Origin: Sedimentisphaeraceae bacterium JB056
GTDB taxonomy: Bacteria; Planctomycetota; Phycisphaerae; Sedimentisphaerales; Sedimentisphaeraceae
Assembly: GCA_044440125.1 (NCBI GenBank)
Contig: JBITAJ010000012.1
Location: 64,001 to 128,000, forward strand
Length of the DNA stretch: 64,000 nucleotides
Reading direction: 5' to 3'
The notes beneath the pieces are model-generated. The model saw only the letters and a list, made by a program, of their open reading frames with translations, ran no database searches and was not told the DNA's origin. Numbering within the stretch: position 1 is the stretch's first letter; each line of letters starts with the position of its first letter. The position numbers were made by a program, and so were the translations under genes. Of the stretch, positions 10,703 through 19,879 are shown piece by piece.

Positions 10703-11977
10703 ATGAATGTATTATTGGTAGGCAGCGGCGGTCGTGAGCATGCGATTGCCTGGAAACTTAGCCAGAGCAAGTCTTTGACCAAGCTCTACATGGCTCCAGG
10801 TAATCCGGGAATGGCGAAATTCGGCCCAACTGTTGATATTGATGTGAACGATACTGAAAAACTCGTTAAGTTCGCTAAAGACAATGCTATAGAGCTTGTT
10901 GTAGTCGGCCCTGAAGACCCGCTTGCAGGCGGTCTTGTAGATGCTGTTGAGGCTGCAGGAATCAAGGCATTTGGTCCAAGCAAGGCAGCGGCTCAGCTTG
11001 AAGCCGACAAAGCTTTTGCCAAGAGAATCATGAAGGATAATTCTATCCCGACAGCCGAGGCACACGCTTTTACCGATTTTGAAGATGCGAAGGCGTATAT
11101 CGCTTCACGTGAGGATGGGCTTGTTATCAAGGCAGCCGGTCTTGCTAAGGGTAAGGGCGTTTATGTATGTGATGAGCCGTCAGAAGCTATCAATATTGCT
11201 GAGCAGATCATGTGCGATAAGCTTTATGGCGATGCCGGCGACACAATCATCGTTGAAGAGAAGCTTGTTGGCGAAGAAGCATCTATTCTTGCTTTCGTTG
11301 ACGGCCGTAATATATATGTAATGGAAAGCTCACAGGATCATAAGCCTATCGGTGATGGTGATACTGGTCCAAATACCGGCGGTATGGGAGCTTACAGCCC
11401 GGCGCCTGTTGTTACAGACGAGCTGATGGATAAGATAACACGTGAGGTTCTGGTATCAGTTGTTGACGGTATGAACCGCAACGGCACACCATACAAGGGC
11501 ATTTTGTATGCCGGTATCATGGTGACAAATACAGGCCCGAAAGTGCTTGAATTCAATGTAAGGCTTGGCGATCCTGAAACACAGCCGGTACTTATGAGAC
11601 TCAAAAGCGATCTGCTTGAGATAATGCTTGCTGTTTGTGAAGGTAAGCTTGATAAGATTGAGCTTGAGTGGGATGATCGCCCTGCGATTTGTGTTGTAAT
11701 GTCTTCAGGCGGATATCCTGGAGATTACGAAAAGGGCAAGGTTATCACCGGTCTTGATGAAGCAGCGAAGATGGAAGACGTTTATGTGTTCCATGCCGGT
11801 ACTGCACTTAAGGACAACAAGATTGTAACTAACGGTGGACGTGTTCTTGGCGTTACAGCAATGGGCAGCGATGTTGCGGCTGCTAAAGCAAGAGCATACG
11901 AGGCAGTTGATGTTATAAAATTCGAAGGCGCGTATTGCCGAAAAGATATTGCTGATAAAGCAATAAACAGAAAATAA
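10703..11977 (+). CDS. purD: Phosphoribosylamine-glycine ligase
   Basis: MNVLLVGSGGREHAIAW, GLAKGKGV, GPNTGGMGAYSP, FHAGT, GGRVL motifs. Confidence 0.98.
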   Translation: MNVLLVGSGGREHAIAWKLSQSKSLTKLYMAPGNPGMAKFGPTVDIDVNDTEKLVKFAKDNAIELVVVGPEDPLAGGLVDAVEAAGIKAFGPSKAAAQLEADKAFAKRIMKDNSIPTAEAHAFTDFEDAKAYIASREDGLVIKAAGLAKGKGVYVCDEPSEAINIAEQIMCDKLYGDAGDTIIVEEKLVGEEASILAFVDGRNIYVMESSQDHKPIGDGDTGPNTGGMGAYSPAPVVTDELMDKITREVLVSVVDGMNRNGTPYKGILYAGIMVTNTGPKVLEFNVRLGDPETQPVLMRLKSDLLEIMLAVCEGKLDKIELEWDDRPAICVVMSSGGYPGDYEKGKVITGLDEAAKMEDVYVFHAGTALKDNKIVTNGGRVLGVTAMGSDVAAAKARAYEAVDVIKFEGAYCRKDIADKAINRK

Positions 11978-12037
11978 TGCCTTAAAGGCGAATCGGAAAT
12001 GTTCCGGTTCGCCTCCGGCTTTAGGTGGGGCTTAAAA

Positions 12038-13048
12038 ATGCAGATGGAAAAGGAAATAGTTGATATTTCAATTGTGATACCTCTATTAAACGAGGAGGAT
12101 AATCTCCATCAACTGCATCAGGAAATAACAGATACGCTCAAAGGGCCGCTTTCTGATAAAAGCTACGAAATTATCTTTGTTGATGATGGCAGCAGAGATG
12201 CGAGTTTTGAGATATTGAAAAAGATTTCGGCGGGTGATTCTTGTGTAAGAGTTATCAGGTTCAGGCGTAACTTTGGCCAGACGGCCGCAATGAGCGCGGG
12301 TTTTGAACATGCCAGAGGCCATGTGATTATTCCGATGGATGCTGATTTGCAAAATGATCCTGCAGATATACCGATGCTGCTCAAAAGACTTGATGATGGG
12401 TTCGATATAGTCAGCGGATGGAGACGTAATAGACAAGACAAGGCAATTACAAGGAGACTTCCTTCGCAAATAGCCAACTATATTATCAGGCGTATCACTT
12501 TTGTTAACATCCATGATTTTGGGTGTACGCTCAAGGCCTATCGGCGAGAGGTGCTTCAGGAGACCAAGCTTTACGGTGAGATGCATCGTTTTATACCGGC
12601 AGTAGCCACATGGAGCGGTGCCAGAGTTACAGAGCTTGAAGTTAACCACAGGGCAAGGGTTGCAGGCAAAGCCAAATATGGTCTTGCAAGAACTTACAAA
12701 GTGGTTCTTGATCTTATAACCGTGAAATTTCTTGGTTCATATTCAACAAAGCCGCTTTATGTTTTTGGAAAAATGGGCTTCTTTTCGGCTATTCTGTCAT
12801 TTCTTCTTTTTATTGTCGTAGTCTATCAGAAAATTGCCGCAGATTTTTCAATGAACAGAAATCCGCTACTTGTTCTTGCGGCAATGATGTTTACAGCCTC
12901 AATACAATTCATTATGATGGGATTGCTTGCCGAATTGCTGGTAAGAACTTACCATGAATCACAGAACCGTCCGACTTATGTGATAAAAGAGATAATTGAG
13001 GGGACAAACACCGATGAGGATACTGCTTCCGATAAAACAGGTGCCTGA
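12038..13048 (+). CDS. Glycosyltransferase family 2 (ArnC/polyprenol-phosphate glycosyltransferase-like)
   Basis: VDDGSRD, RNFGQTAA, DADLQNDP, two C-terminal TM helices. Confidence 0.92.
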   Translation: MQMEKEIVDISIVIPLLNEEDNLHQLHQEITDTLKGPLSDKSYEIIFVDDGSRDASFEILKKISAGDSCVRVIRFRRNFGQTAAMSAGFEHARGHVIIPMDADLQNDPADIPMLLKRLDDGFDIVSGWRRNRQDKAITRRLPSQIANYIIRRITFVNIHDFGCTLKAYRREVLQETKLYGEMHRFIPAVATWSGARVTELEVNHRARVAGKAKYGLARTYKVVLDLITVKFLGSYSTKPLYVFGKMGFFSAILSFLLFIVVVYQKIAADFSMNRNPLLVLAAMMFTASIQFIMMGLLAELLVRTYHESQNRPTYVIKEIIEGTNTDEDTASDKTGA

Positions 13049-13808
13049 GGTTCGTAATGTACGAATGGATGAGAAGACCGGAACGGTAATCCGTGAAGGT
13101 GTTGAAGCGATAATCAATCCCCTTGATCTTTACGCAATTGAGCTTGCCATACGTTTGAAGGAAGATTACGGAGCCCAAATCACAGCGATTACCATGGGCC
13201 CTGCCAAGGCAGATATTGCTTTGCGTGAGGCGGTTGCGATGGGGGTTGATAATGCGGTTTTGATAAGTGACAAGGCTTTTGCCGGTTCTGATACGTGGGC
13301 AACGAGTTTCATTCTCTCTGAATCAATCAAACAGCTTGGCGAATTTGACCTTATAATATGCGGTGAACGCGCGGTTGATGGTGATACGGGGCAGGTTGGT
13401 CCGGGGATCTCGGCATTTCTCGACTTGCCTGTTGCTACATATGTTAGCGAATTGGAAAGCATAGAAGACGGCAAGGCGTATCTTTCAAGAATGCTTGAGG
13501 GCGGTTACGAGAAGCTGGAGCTTAAATTGCCCGCGGTCTTGACTGTCGTAAAAGAAGTTTCCAATCCCAGGCTTCCCACGTTACGAGGCAAAAAGAAAAG
13601 CCGGCTGATGGATGTTCCCCTTTTGAGCCAGAAAGAGCTCAATTTAATCCCGGAATCAATCGGCCTGAAGGGTTCACCAACAAAAGTAGTGAAAATAACC
13701 AAGCCCAAAGTTGCCAGAGAATGCCAACTATACAAAATTATCGATGAACAGTCGGCTCATGCGGCGGCAGATGCGTTCTGTGAGTTTGTAAAGGAGGCTG
13801 GGTGCTGA
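13014..13808 (+). CDS. etfB: Electron transfer flavoprotein beta subunit
   Basis: IKQVP, NPLDLYAIELA, AGSDTWATS, GERAVDGDTGQVGP. Confidence 0.95.
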   Translation: MRILLPIKQVPEVRNVRMDEKTGTVIREGVEAIINPLDLYAIELAIRLKEDYGAQITAITMGPAKADIALREAVAMGVDNAVLISDKAFAGSDTWATSFILSESIKQLGEFDLIICGERAVDGDTGQVGPGISAFLDLPVATYVSELESIEDGKAYLSRMLEGGYEKLELKLPAVLTVVKEVSNPRLPTLRGKKKSRLMDVPLLSQKELNLIPESIGLKGSPTKVVKITKPKVARECQLYKIIDEQSAHAAADAFCEFVKEAGC

Positions 13809-14821
13809 TCAAAACTGCAAACGGAAATAGCGGCGGGATATGGATACTCGCCGAGCAGAGCGGCGGGGTGATTGAGCCGGTAAGCTATGAGCTTCTTACC
13901 AGAGCAATACTGCTTGCCGAGAAGAACAATGCTGAAATATACGCGATGGTTTTGGACCGCAAGCTGGAAGATTCGGAACTGAATAAGCTTATAAGCCGCG
14001 GCGCGGATATCGTGGTTGCTACTGAAGATGAATTGCTTGATTATTTTATTGCCGAAGCCTTTTCGCAGGCGATGTCAGAGATTATTGAAGTTTTTAAGCC
14101 TGAGATACTGCTTGCCGGCGCTACCAGTACGGGCAGAACGGCGATGCCTCTTACTGCAGTGAAAGTAAATACCGGACTCACTGCTGATTGTACAATCCTT
14201 GATATCGACACCGAAAGCGGAAATTTGCTTCAAACACGTCCTGCCATTGGCGGTAATATACTTGCCACCATAAAGACTCCAGACCACCGACCTCAAATGG
14301 CAACAATCAGGCCTCACTCAACACCGCAGGCTCCAGAGCAGAGCGGACGAAGCGGACGCATAATAAGGTATGAACTCCAAAGCGAGCTGAAAAATGATGC
14401 CATAAAGAGAATCGGGTTTGAGCCTAATCGTGAAAAAGTTGCCGTTATTGATGCCGAGAGGGTCGTTGTTGCCGGTCGCGGGATAAAGAAGGCGGAGAAT
14501 ATGTCGCTTGTGTATGAACTGGCGGAAGCTCTGGGAGCGGCAGTCGGTGGAACAAGGGATGTTGTTGACAGGGGCTGGCTTAGCTATCCGCACCAGATTG
14601 GTCTCAGCGGACATACTATAAGCCCTAAGCTTTATGTTGGGCTTGGAGTTTCCGGTGCAATCCAGCATTTGGCAGGTATGCAGACGGCTGAGAAAATAAT
14701 CGTTATAAATAATGATCCGATGGCTGATATTTTCAAGGTTGCCGATGTTGGTATTGTGGGCGATTTGTTTAATGTCGTTCCTGAAATAATCAGGAAGCTT
14801 AAAGACGGGGGCGAGCTATGA
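13802..14821 (+). CDS. etfA: Electron transfer flavoprotein alpha subunit
   Basis: TGLTADCT, QTRPAIGGN, QIGLSG, GVSGAIQHLAGM. Confidence 0.95.
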   Translation: MLIKTANGNSGGIWILAEQSGGVIEPVSYELLTRAILLAEKNNAEIYAMVLDRKLEDSELNKLISRGADIVVATEDELLDYFIAEAFSQAMSEIIEVFKPEILLAGATSTGRTAMPLTAVKVNTGLTADCTILDIDTESGNLLQTRPAIGGNILATIKTPDHRPQMATIRPHSTPQAPEQSGRSGRIIRYELQSELKNDAIKRIGFEPNREKVAVIDAERVVVAGRGIKKAENMSLVYELAEALGAAVGGTRDVVDRGWLSYPHQIGLSGHTISPKLYVGLGVSGAIQHLAGMQTAEKIIVINNDPMADIFKVADVGIVGDLFNVVPEIIRKLKDGGEL

Positions 14822-16236
14822 CCGGCTACAATCATATTACGCCGCAGATAATCGAAGAGCTGGAAAAGATTGTCGGTTCTGAGTATGTGATTTATGGTGA
14901 TGTTGATAAGCTCGAGCCGTATTCGCATGATGAAGTGCCCGGCGCCGAATACAGGCATATGCCTGAGGTGGTTGTCAGGCCGAGAACTGCTCAGGAAATT
15001 TCAGCGATTATGAAGCTTGCCAATGCTGAGATGATTCCGGTAACGCCTCGCGGCGCAGGTTCGGGGCTTAGCGGTGGTGCGGTTCCGATTTATGGCGGAA
15101 TTGTTCTTTTGTGCGACAGGATGAATGAGATACTCGAGTTTGACGCAGAAAATATGATGATTACAGTAGAGCCGGGTATCATATCAAATGAGATTAACGA
15201 ATACCTCAAGCCGCATGGTTTGTTCTATGCAGGGTATCCAATGAGTCTTGAAACTTGCTATATCGGCGGCAATGTGGCGGAGAATGCCGGCGGCGGTAAG
15301 GCGGTAAAGTATGGCGTGACAAATCGTTATGTGCTTGGTATGGAAGTGGTTATGCCAAACGGCGATATTGTTGAATTTGGCGGCAAGCTGATAAAGGATG
15401 TTACCGGCTATAATATGCAGCAGCTTATGACTGGCTCAGAGGGTACGCTTTGTGTATTTACGAAGATAATCCTCAAGCTCCTGCCTTTGCCGGCTCATCA
15501 GGTGGATCTTTTGTGTTTGTTCAAGGATTCCCAGACTGCGATAGAGTCTGTAAGCAAGGTGATGACCGGCGGAATTATACCAACTTCGGTTGAGTATATC
15601 GATAAGACGGCGTTTGTTGCCTCTTGCGAGTATTTGAATGAGACGCTTCCGTATAAGGATGCCGGTGCGATGCTGCTGATTACTATTGATGGTTTCAGTG
15701 AGCAGCAGGTTATAAGTGAGTATGAGGCGGTGGGCGAGAAGTGTCTTGAGCTTGGTGCGATAGAGGTTTATGTTGCTGATAATCCGACGACTACTGAGCG
15801 TGTGTGGAAGATTCGTCGCAATATTGGCGAGGCGTATAATATCATAAGCCGCAGACAGAGCGGGGAGGATATTGTTGTGCCGCCGTCGCAGATACCTCAG
15901 ATGGTGGCTAAGCTTGAGCAGCTTGCAGAGAAATATGGGCTTATGATTCCATGTTTTGGCCATGCCGGTGATGGTAATCTGCATGCAAGGCTGGTTTCTG
16001 ATCCTGCGTGGAGCGATGAATACTGGAAGGAGCTTTTGCCGAAAGTGCTTGAAGAGCTTTATTCGCTTACCGCGAAGCTTGGCGGTCGAATTTCAGGCGA
16101 GCATGGTATTGGAAGCAAACGCAAAAAGTATATGTCGAAAGTAGTCAGCGAAGAGTATCTAAATACTCTGCGGGCAATCAAAAAGGCCCTCGACCCCAAA
16201 GATATCCTGAATCCCGGCAAGATATTTGATGTGTAA
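14818..16236 (+). CDS. FAD-linked 2-hydroxyacid (lactate/glycolate) dehydrogenase, LctD/GlcD family
   Basis: PRGAGSGLSGG, GGNVAENAGG..AVKYG, GHAGDGNLH, SGEHGIG, LNPGK. Confidence 0.92.
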   Translation: MTGYNHITPQIIEELEKIVGSEYVIYGDVDKLEPYSHDEVPGAEYRHMPEVVVRPRTAQEISAIMKLANAEMIPVTPRGAGSGLSGGAVPIYGGIVLLCDRMNEILEFDAENMMITVEPGIISNEINEYLKPHGLFYAGYPMSLETCYIGGNVAENAGGGKAVKYGVTNRYVLGMEVVMPNGDIVEFGGKLIKDVTGYNMQQLMTGSEGTLCVFTKIILKLLPLPAHQVDLLCLFKDSQTAIESVSKVMTGGIIPTSVEYIDKTAFVASCEYLNETLPYKDAGAMLLITIDGFSEQQVISEYEAVGEKCLELGAIEVYVADNPTTTERVWKIRRNIGEAYNIISRRQSGEDIVVPPSQIPQMVAKLEQLAEKYGLMIPCFGHAGDGNLHARLVSDPAWSDEYWKELLPKVLEELYSLTAKLGGRISGEHGIGSKRKKYMSKVVSEEYLNTLRAIKKALDPKDILNPGKIFDV

Positions 16237-16272
16237 AGACATCATAAGGGGAGTTGCATTTCGGCATTTAGC

Positions 16273-16328
16273 TTGACTTTTAGTGTTGTTTATAGTACTG
16301 TTAATAATGTGATTAGTAATATTATTAA
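16273..16328 (+). promoter_or_regulatory. TA promoter and operator
   Basis: TTGACT-N17-TACTGT; inverted repeat TTAATAAT (16301-16308) / ATTATTAA (16321-16328). Confidence 0.6.
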
Positions 16329-16333
16329 TAGGT

Positions 16334-16594
16334 GTGAAAATGATATCTATAACGTCAAATGAATTGAAAACGAGGGGAGTCTCTGCTATAAAAGGGCTGC
16401 TTAAGGATAATCCCGAAGCCGCTATAACCGTACGTGGCAAGGCTGAATATGTCGTACTGAAGATGGACGATTTTATTCATTACAGAGAACTGGAGCTTGA
16501 ACAGGCACTTTATGAGACTCGCAAGGAAATCAATGAAGGTAAGTTTGCCAAGTCCAGCGTTGAAGAGCATTTAAAGGATATTGGTGATGTATGA
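16334..16594 (+). CDS. Type II TA antitoxin, Phd/YefM family
   Basis: ITSNELKTRGVS..AITVRGKAEYVVL pattern. Confidence 0.85.
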   Translation: MKMISITSNELKTRGVSAIKGLLKDNPEAAITVRGKAEYVVLKMDDFIHYRELELEQALYETRKEINEGKFAKSSVEEHLKDIGDV

Positions 16595-16859
16595 GATTAT
16601 TTATACTCACCGTTATGTAAAACTTGCCAAGAGATTTTTCAAAAAACATCCTGATCTGCTTGAGCGTTACAGAAAGACTCTTCTGCTTCTTGAGGCAGAC
16701 CCTTACCACAAATCACTCCGAATTCATAAGCTTACCGGTCGGCTTGAAGGGATTTTTTCGGTTTCTATCAATATGAAATATCGGATTACAATCGAATTTA
16801 TCATTGATGAAAAGACCATAATTCCTGTAAGTATTGGCTCTCACTCTGAAATTTATTGA
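16587..16859 (+). CDS. Type II TA toxin, RelE/YafQ-like mRNA interferase
   Basis: DPYHKSLRIHKLTGRLEG.FSVSINMKYRI..IGSHSEIY; overlaps the antitoxin stop. Confidence 0.88.
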   Translation: MYEIIYTHRYVKLAKRFFKKHPDLLERYRKTLLLLEADPYHKSLRIHKLTGRLEGIFSVSINMKYRITIEFIIDEKTIIPVSIGSHSEIY

Positions 16860-16930
16860 TTTTTTAATCTAACATTTTGCAGCTTAAAAAGCCTATTCTG
16901 AGAGTTTTAATTGAAATCAGGGGGTAAGTA

Positions 16931-17047
16931 TATGGCATCAGCAGCGCCGCATATTACAAATGGCGTAGCAAATTTGGTAATATGGAAGCCTCTGATATCA
17001 AACGCATGCGTTAGCTTGAACATGAAAACTTTTGTCTCAAGCATATG
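16931..17047 (+). mobile_element. IS3-family OrfA transposase remnant
   Basis: Translates as YGISSAAYYKWRSKFGNMEASDIKRMR*LEHENFCLKHM, the HTH plus leucine-zipper pattern of IS3/IS407-group OrfA; internal stop, no start, no OrfB. Confidence 0.8.
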
Positions 17048-17100
17048 CCGATTCCAGCAAGCTGATTGCTAAGCCCAAGGAGCTTGCATCCAGATATGTT

Positions 17101-18585
17101 TCATTTTTTATTATGTCTAATTGACATAATAACTCCAGCAATAATAGATAGTAACATCACTCCCCAGCCACCAATTATTATAGAAGAAGGGGAATATCCT
17201 GAATACCAGCCAGAAAATTCATTAATAAATTTTGAACCAAATACAAAGATTAGAATTATTGGTATAAAATAAACGATAATAACCTTGGCTATTTTAAGTA
17301 AGTAAACTTTTTTTAATGAGATCGTATTGTTTAGAGTAAATTTTGTTAAAGTGAATTGTCCAAAAATTATACATTCTAGTATTACAATAGCTGCGATGCT
17401 GTAATAAGCAATCCAATGATCAATTATGTCTAACCAATAAAGACCACTGCCAGTGGTGAAAATTAAACTGCCGCCAAATCCTAATAAGCATATTATGCCT
17501 GCCAATATACTCTTTGATTTTGTCCTTGCAGATAAATCGTCACAGCCAGCGACAATTGCTTCAACTGCAGCAAAAACGCTGTCAATTCCTAATGAAACCA
17601 AAATGACGAAAAATATGATACCCCATAAAGGTGCAAATGGAAGATTTGATATTGCCATTGGGTAGGATACAAAAGCAAGAAAAATGCCATCCAGTTTAAG
17701 GTCAGAAATATTAACACCTGCAGAATGTGCTAAAAACCCCATTGTCGAAAAGACTGTAATGCCTGCAAGTAAACTAAAAAAGACATCAAAACAACAGATT
17801 GTAATTCCAGATTTAATGAGTGCAGAATCTTGTTTTCTTCTGCTTGCGTAAGCTATAACTTGTCCCATGCCTAAACTCATAGATAACATTACCTGAGATG
17901 CAGCAGCAGCCCAAACAGAAATATTGAACATTTTACCGCTTTGAGGTCTGAGAAAATAAGCTACGCCATTTTTAGAACCAGGCATTGTGAAGTTTTCGAA
18001 TATAAATACTATTAGTAAAATAGCCGGCAGTGGTACTGTAATTAATAAAATTTTTGACAATGTTTTTGTTTTTGATCTTGAAATCAAATAAACTCCGCCC
18101 CATACCAAAGCAAGTGCTAATACTGTAGCAAGATTTATTCCTCCTAACTGAAAAGGACCATCTGACATCTTTACAACTTTATCAAGGAAAAATGAAGCAG
18201 GGTCTTTACCCCATGCTTCTGAAAAACTATAAAAAATATATTCTATGCTCCAAGCCAATACAACAGAATAATAAAATAGTATAACTAATGAATTTATTAA
18301 TGCCCACCATCCAATCCAAGTCCATCGCTTATTAATATTTTGAAAAGCAGTTGCTATCGAATTACCCTTTTTACCCATTATTATTTCCAATAGCATAATT
18401 GGTAAGGCAATCAGAAGCATGCAAATAAGATATGGTATAAGAAATGTTCCTCCACCATTTTCATATGCCATATAAGGAAATCTCCAAAGATTACCTACGC
18501 CAACAGCTGCACCAACGCAAGCTAAAATAAAAAAGATTTCTTTAGGCCAAAACTCTCTAATTTTTTTCTTTTTTAATTCAGACAT
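17101..18585 (-). CDS. Sodium-dependent transporter, NSS/SLC6 (LeuT-like) family
   Basis: GAAVGVGNLWRFPYMAYENGGGTFLIPY TM1 signature, SLGMG, LAFVSYP, many TM helices. Confidence 0.95.
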   Translation of the reverse strand: MSELKKKKIREFWPKEIFFILACVGAAVGVGNLWRFPYMAYENGGGTFLIPYLICMLLIALPIMLLEIIMGKKGNSIATAFQNINKRWTWIGWWALINSLVILFYYSVVLAWSIEYIFYSFSEAWGKDPASFFLDKVVKMSDGPFQLGGINLATVLALALVWGGVYLISRSKTKTLSKILLITVPLPAILLIVFIFENFTMPGSKNGVAYFLRPQSGKMFNISVWAAAASQVMLSMSLGMGQVIAYASRRKQDSALIKSGITICCFDVFFSLLAGITVFSTMGFLAHSAGVNISDLKLDGIFLAFVSYPMAISNLPFAPLWGIIFFVILVSLGIDSVFAAVEAIVAGCDDLSARTKSKSILAGIICLLGFGGSLIFTTGSGLYWLDIIDHWIAYYSIAAIVILECIIFGQFTLTKFTLNNTISLKKVYLLKIAKVIIVYFIPIILIFVFGSKFINEFSGWYSGYSPSSIIIGGWGVMLLSIIAGVIMSIRHNKK

Positions 18586-18587
18586 CC

Positions 18588-18749
18588 TTAAAGCTCATTC
18601 CTAATTTCATAATCAGAGAGTTTTTCATTCTCGCAAATCGAACGTGCAGTGTGGCGATTTATAATTATACTTACTATTTTTTGCACATCATCTTCTGGTA
18701 TGTCTACAAGATCTACTAAAGATTCAACAAGTAATTGTTTATTGTTCAT
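18588..18749 (-). CDS. Small 53-aa protein (not in ORF track)
   Basis: MNNKQLLVESLVDLVDIPEDDVQKIVSIIINRHTARSICENEKLSDYEIRNEL; ATG overlaps the radical-SAM TGA (ATGA), and TAA lies 2 nt before the transporter ATG (TAAGGATG). Confidence 0.75.
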   Translation of the reverse strand: MNNKQLLVESLVDLVDIPEDDVQKIVSIIINRHTARSICENEKLSDYEIRNEL

Positions 18750-19879
18750 CTTTCATTGTCCTTAAACATAAGGTTAGTATTAAATGGTAATCTTGTTGTA
18801 TCTCGACTTAACAAGGTTACTATATTTAATTTTCTATCTTTACTATATTTACATAAATAAGTTGAAATTAAGTCTGTTGTTCTTCGTGATTTTACTTCAA
18901 TTGCAATATCTTTCATTTCAAATGCTTCTGTTTTCTCTCTTGGTTCATACATGAAAATTTGAGCAAAAGAGAAACTATATTTTTTGAGAAACTTGATATT
19001 TTCCTGATGGTCCATTTCTGTTTCAGAAGGAAACCCTGCCATAATATCAGTTGAAATATTTTTTACACCATACGATAATAGAGTATTATAAACGGTATAG
19101 AAATTTTCCAAAGAATATTCTCTTCTCATTTTTCTTAAAATCTTATTACTTGCTGATTGGATTGGAATGTGTATATTTCCAGTAATATTGTTATGGGAAA
19201 GTAAAGCTATATCATCAAATTTGCTTTCAAGGAGCCATTTGATACCGATTGGTCCTAACTTTATTTTCTGTGTTGGGTATTTCTGAAAGACATATTTTAG
19301 TAATTGCCATATATCTGTATCTTTATCTAAACCATATGCTCCAATATCTTGTCCTACAAACTTGATATATGCTAATGATGAAGATTTTTCTATATCTTTA
19401 CAAATATCACCGATATCTCTGCTTAGATGTCTTCCGCGTGCTAATTTTACAGAACAATAAGCACAATTTCCATAGCATCCTTCAGATATTGTTATATTCT
19501 GTATTGGATTTAGAGTGGATACTATTTCCAAAGGGGTTAGATGAAAATATTTCGAAATAAAATTTTGTATTTCACCTTTTTTGATGTAATGCAATTTATT
19601 GTTTTTGTGTTTTTTTCTCAGGAAACAACCCGATGCTATAATCAGATGAAAATTTTTATACTCGTAAATATCGTTAAGTAATTTTTCGAATTCATGTTCT
19701 TTTTGCATACTGAAGGTGCAACCTAATATTATAAATATATCAGCAATTTCAGAATCAACCTCGCTTAAGCCTAAAACATTGAGTTCATCTTTAATGACAT
19801 TGGCATCATATTCTAAGCACCCACATCCGTTGTGTATTATACAGTAGCCAGATATATTGTTTTTTGATTTACAGCTCAT
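18746..19879 (-). CDS. Radical-SAM methylthiotransferase-like protein (MiaB/MtaB/RimO family) lacking a TRAM domain
   Basis: UPF0004-type cysteines C19/C54/C85, CxxxCxxC at C135/139/142, GQDIGAYG, HIPIQSAS, TDIMAGFPSET; only 377 aa. Confidence 0.88.
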   Translation of the reverse strand: MSCKSKNNISGYCIIHNGCGCLEYDANVIKDELNVLGLSEVDSEIADIFIILGCTFSMQKEHEFEKLLNDIYEYKNFHLIIASGCFLRKKHKNNKLHYIKKGEIQNFISKYFHLTPLEIVSTLNPIQNITISEGCYGNCAYCSVKLARGRHLSRDIGDICKDIEKSSSLAYIKFVGQDIGAYGLDKDTDIWQLLKYVFQKYPTQKIKLGPIGIKWLLESKFDDIALLSHNNITGNIHIPIQSASNKILRKMRREYSLENFYTVYNTLLSYGVKNISTDIMAGFPSETEMDHQENIKFLKKYSFSFAQIFMYEPREKTEAFEMKDIAIEVKSRRTTDLISTYLCKYSKDRKLNIVTLLSRDTTRLPFNTNLMFKDNER

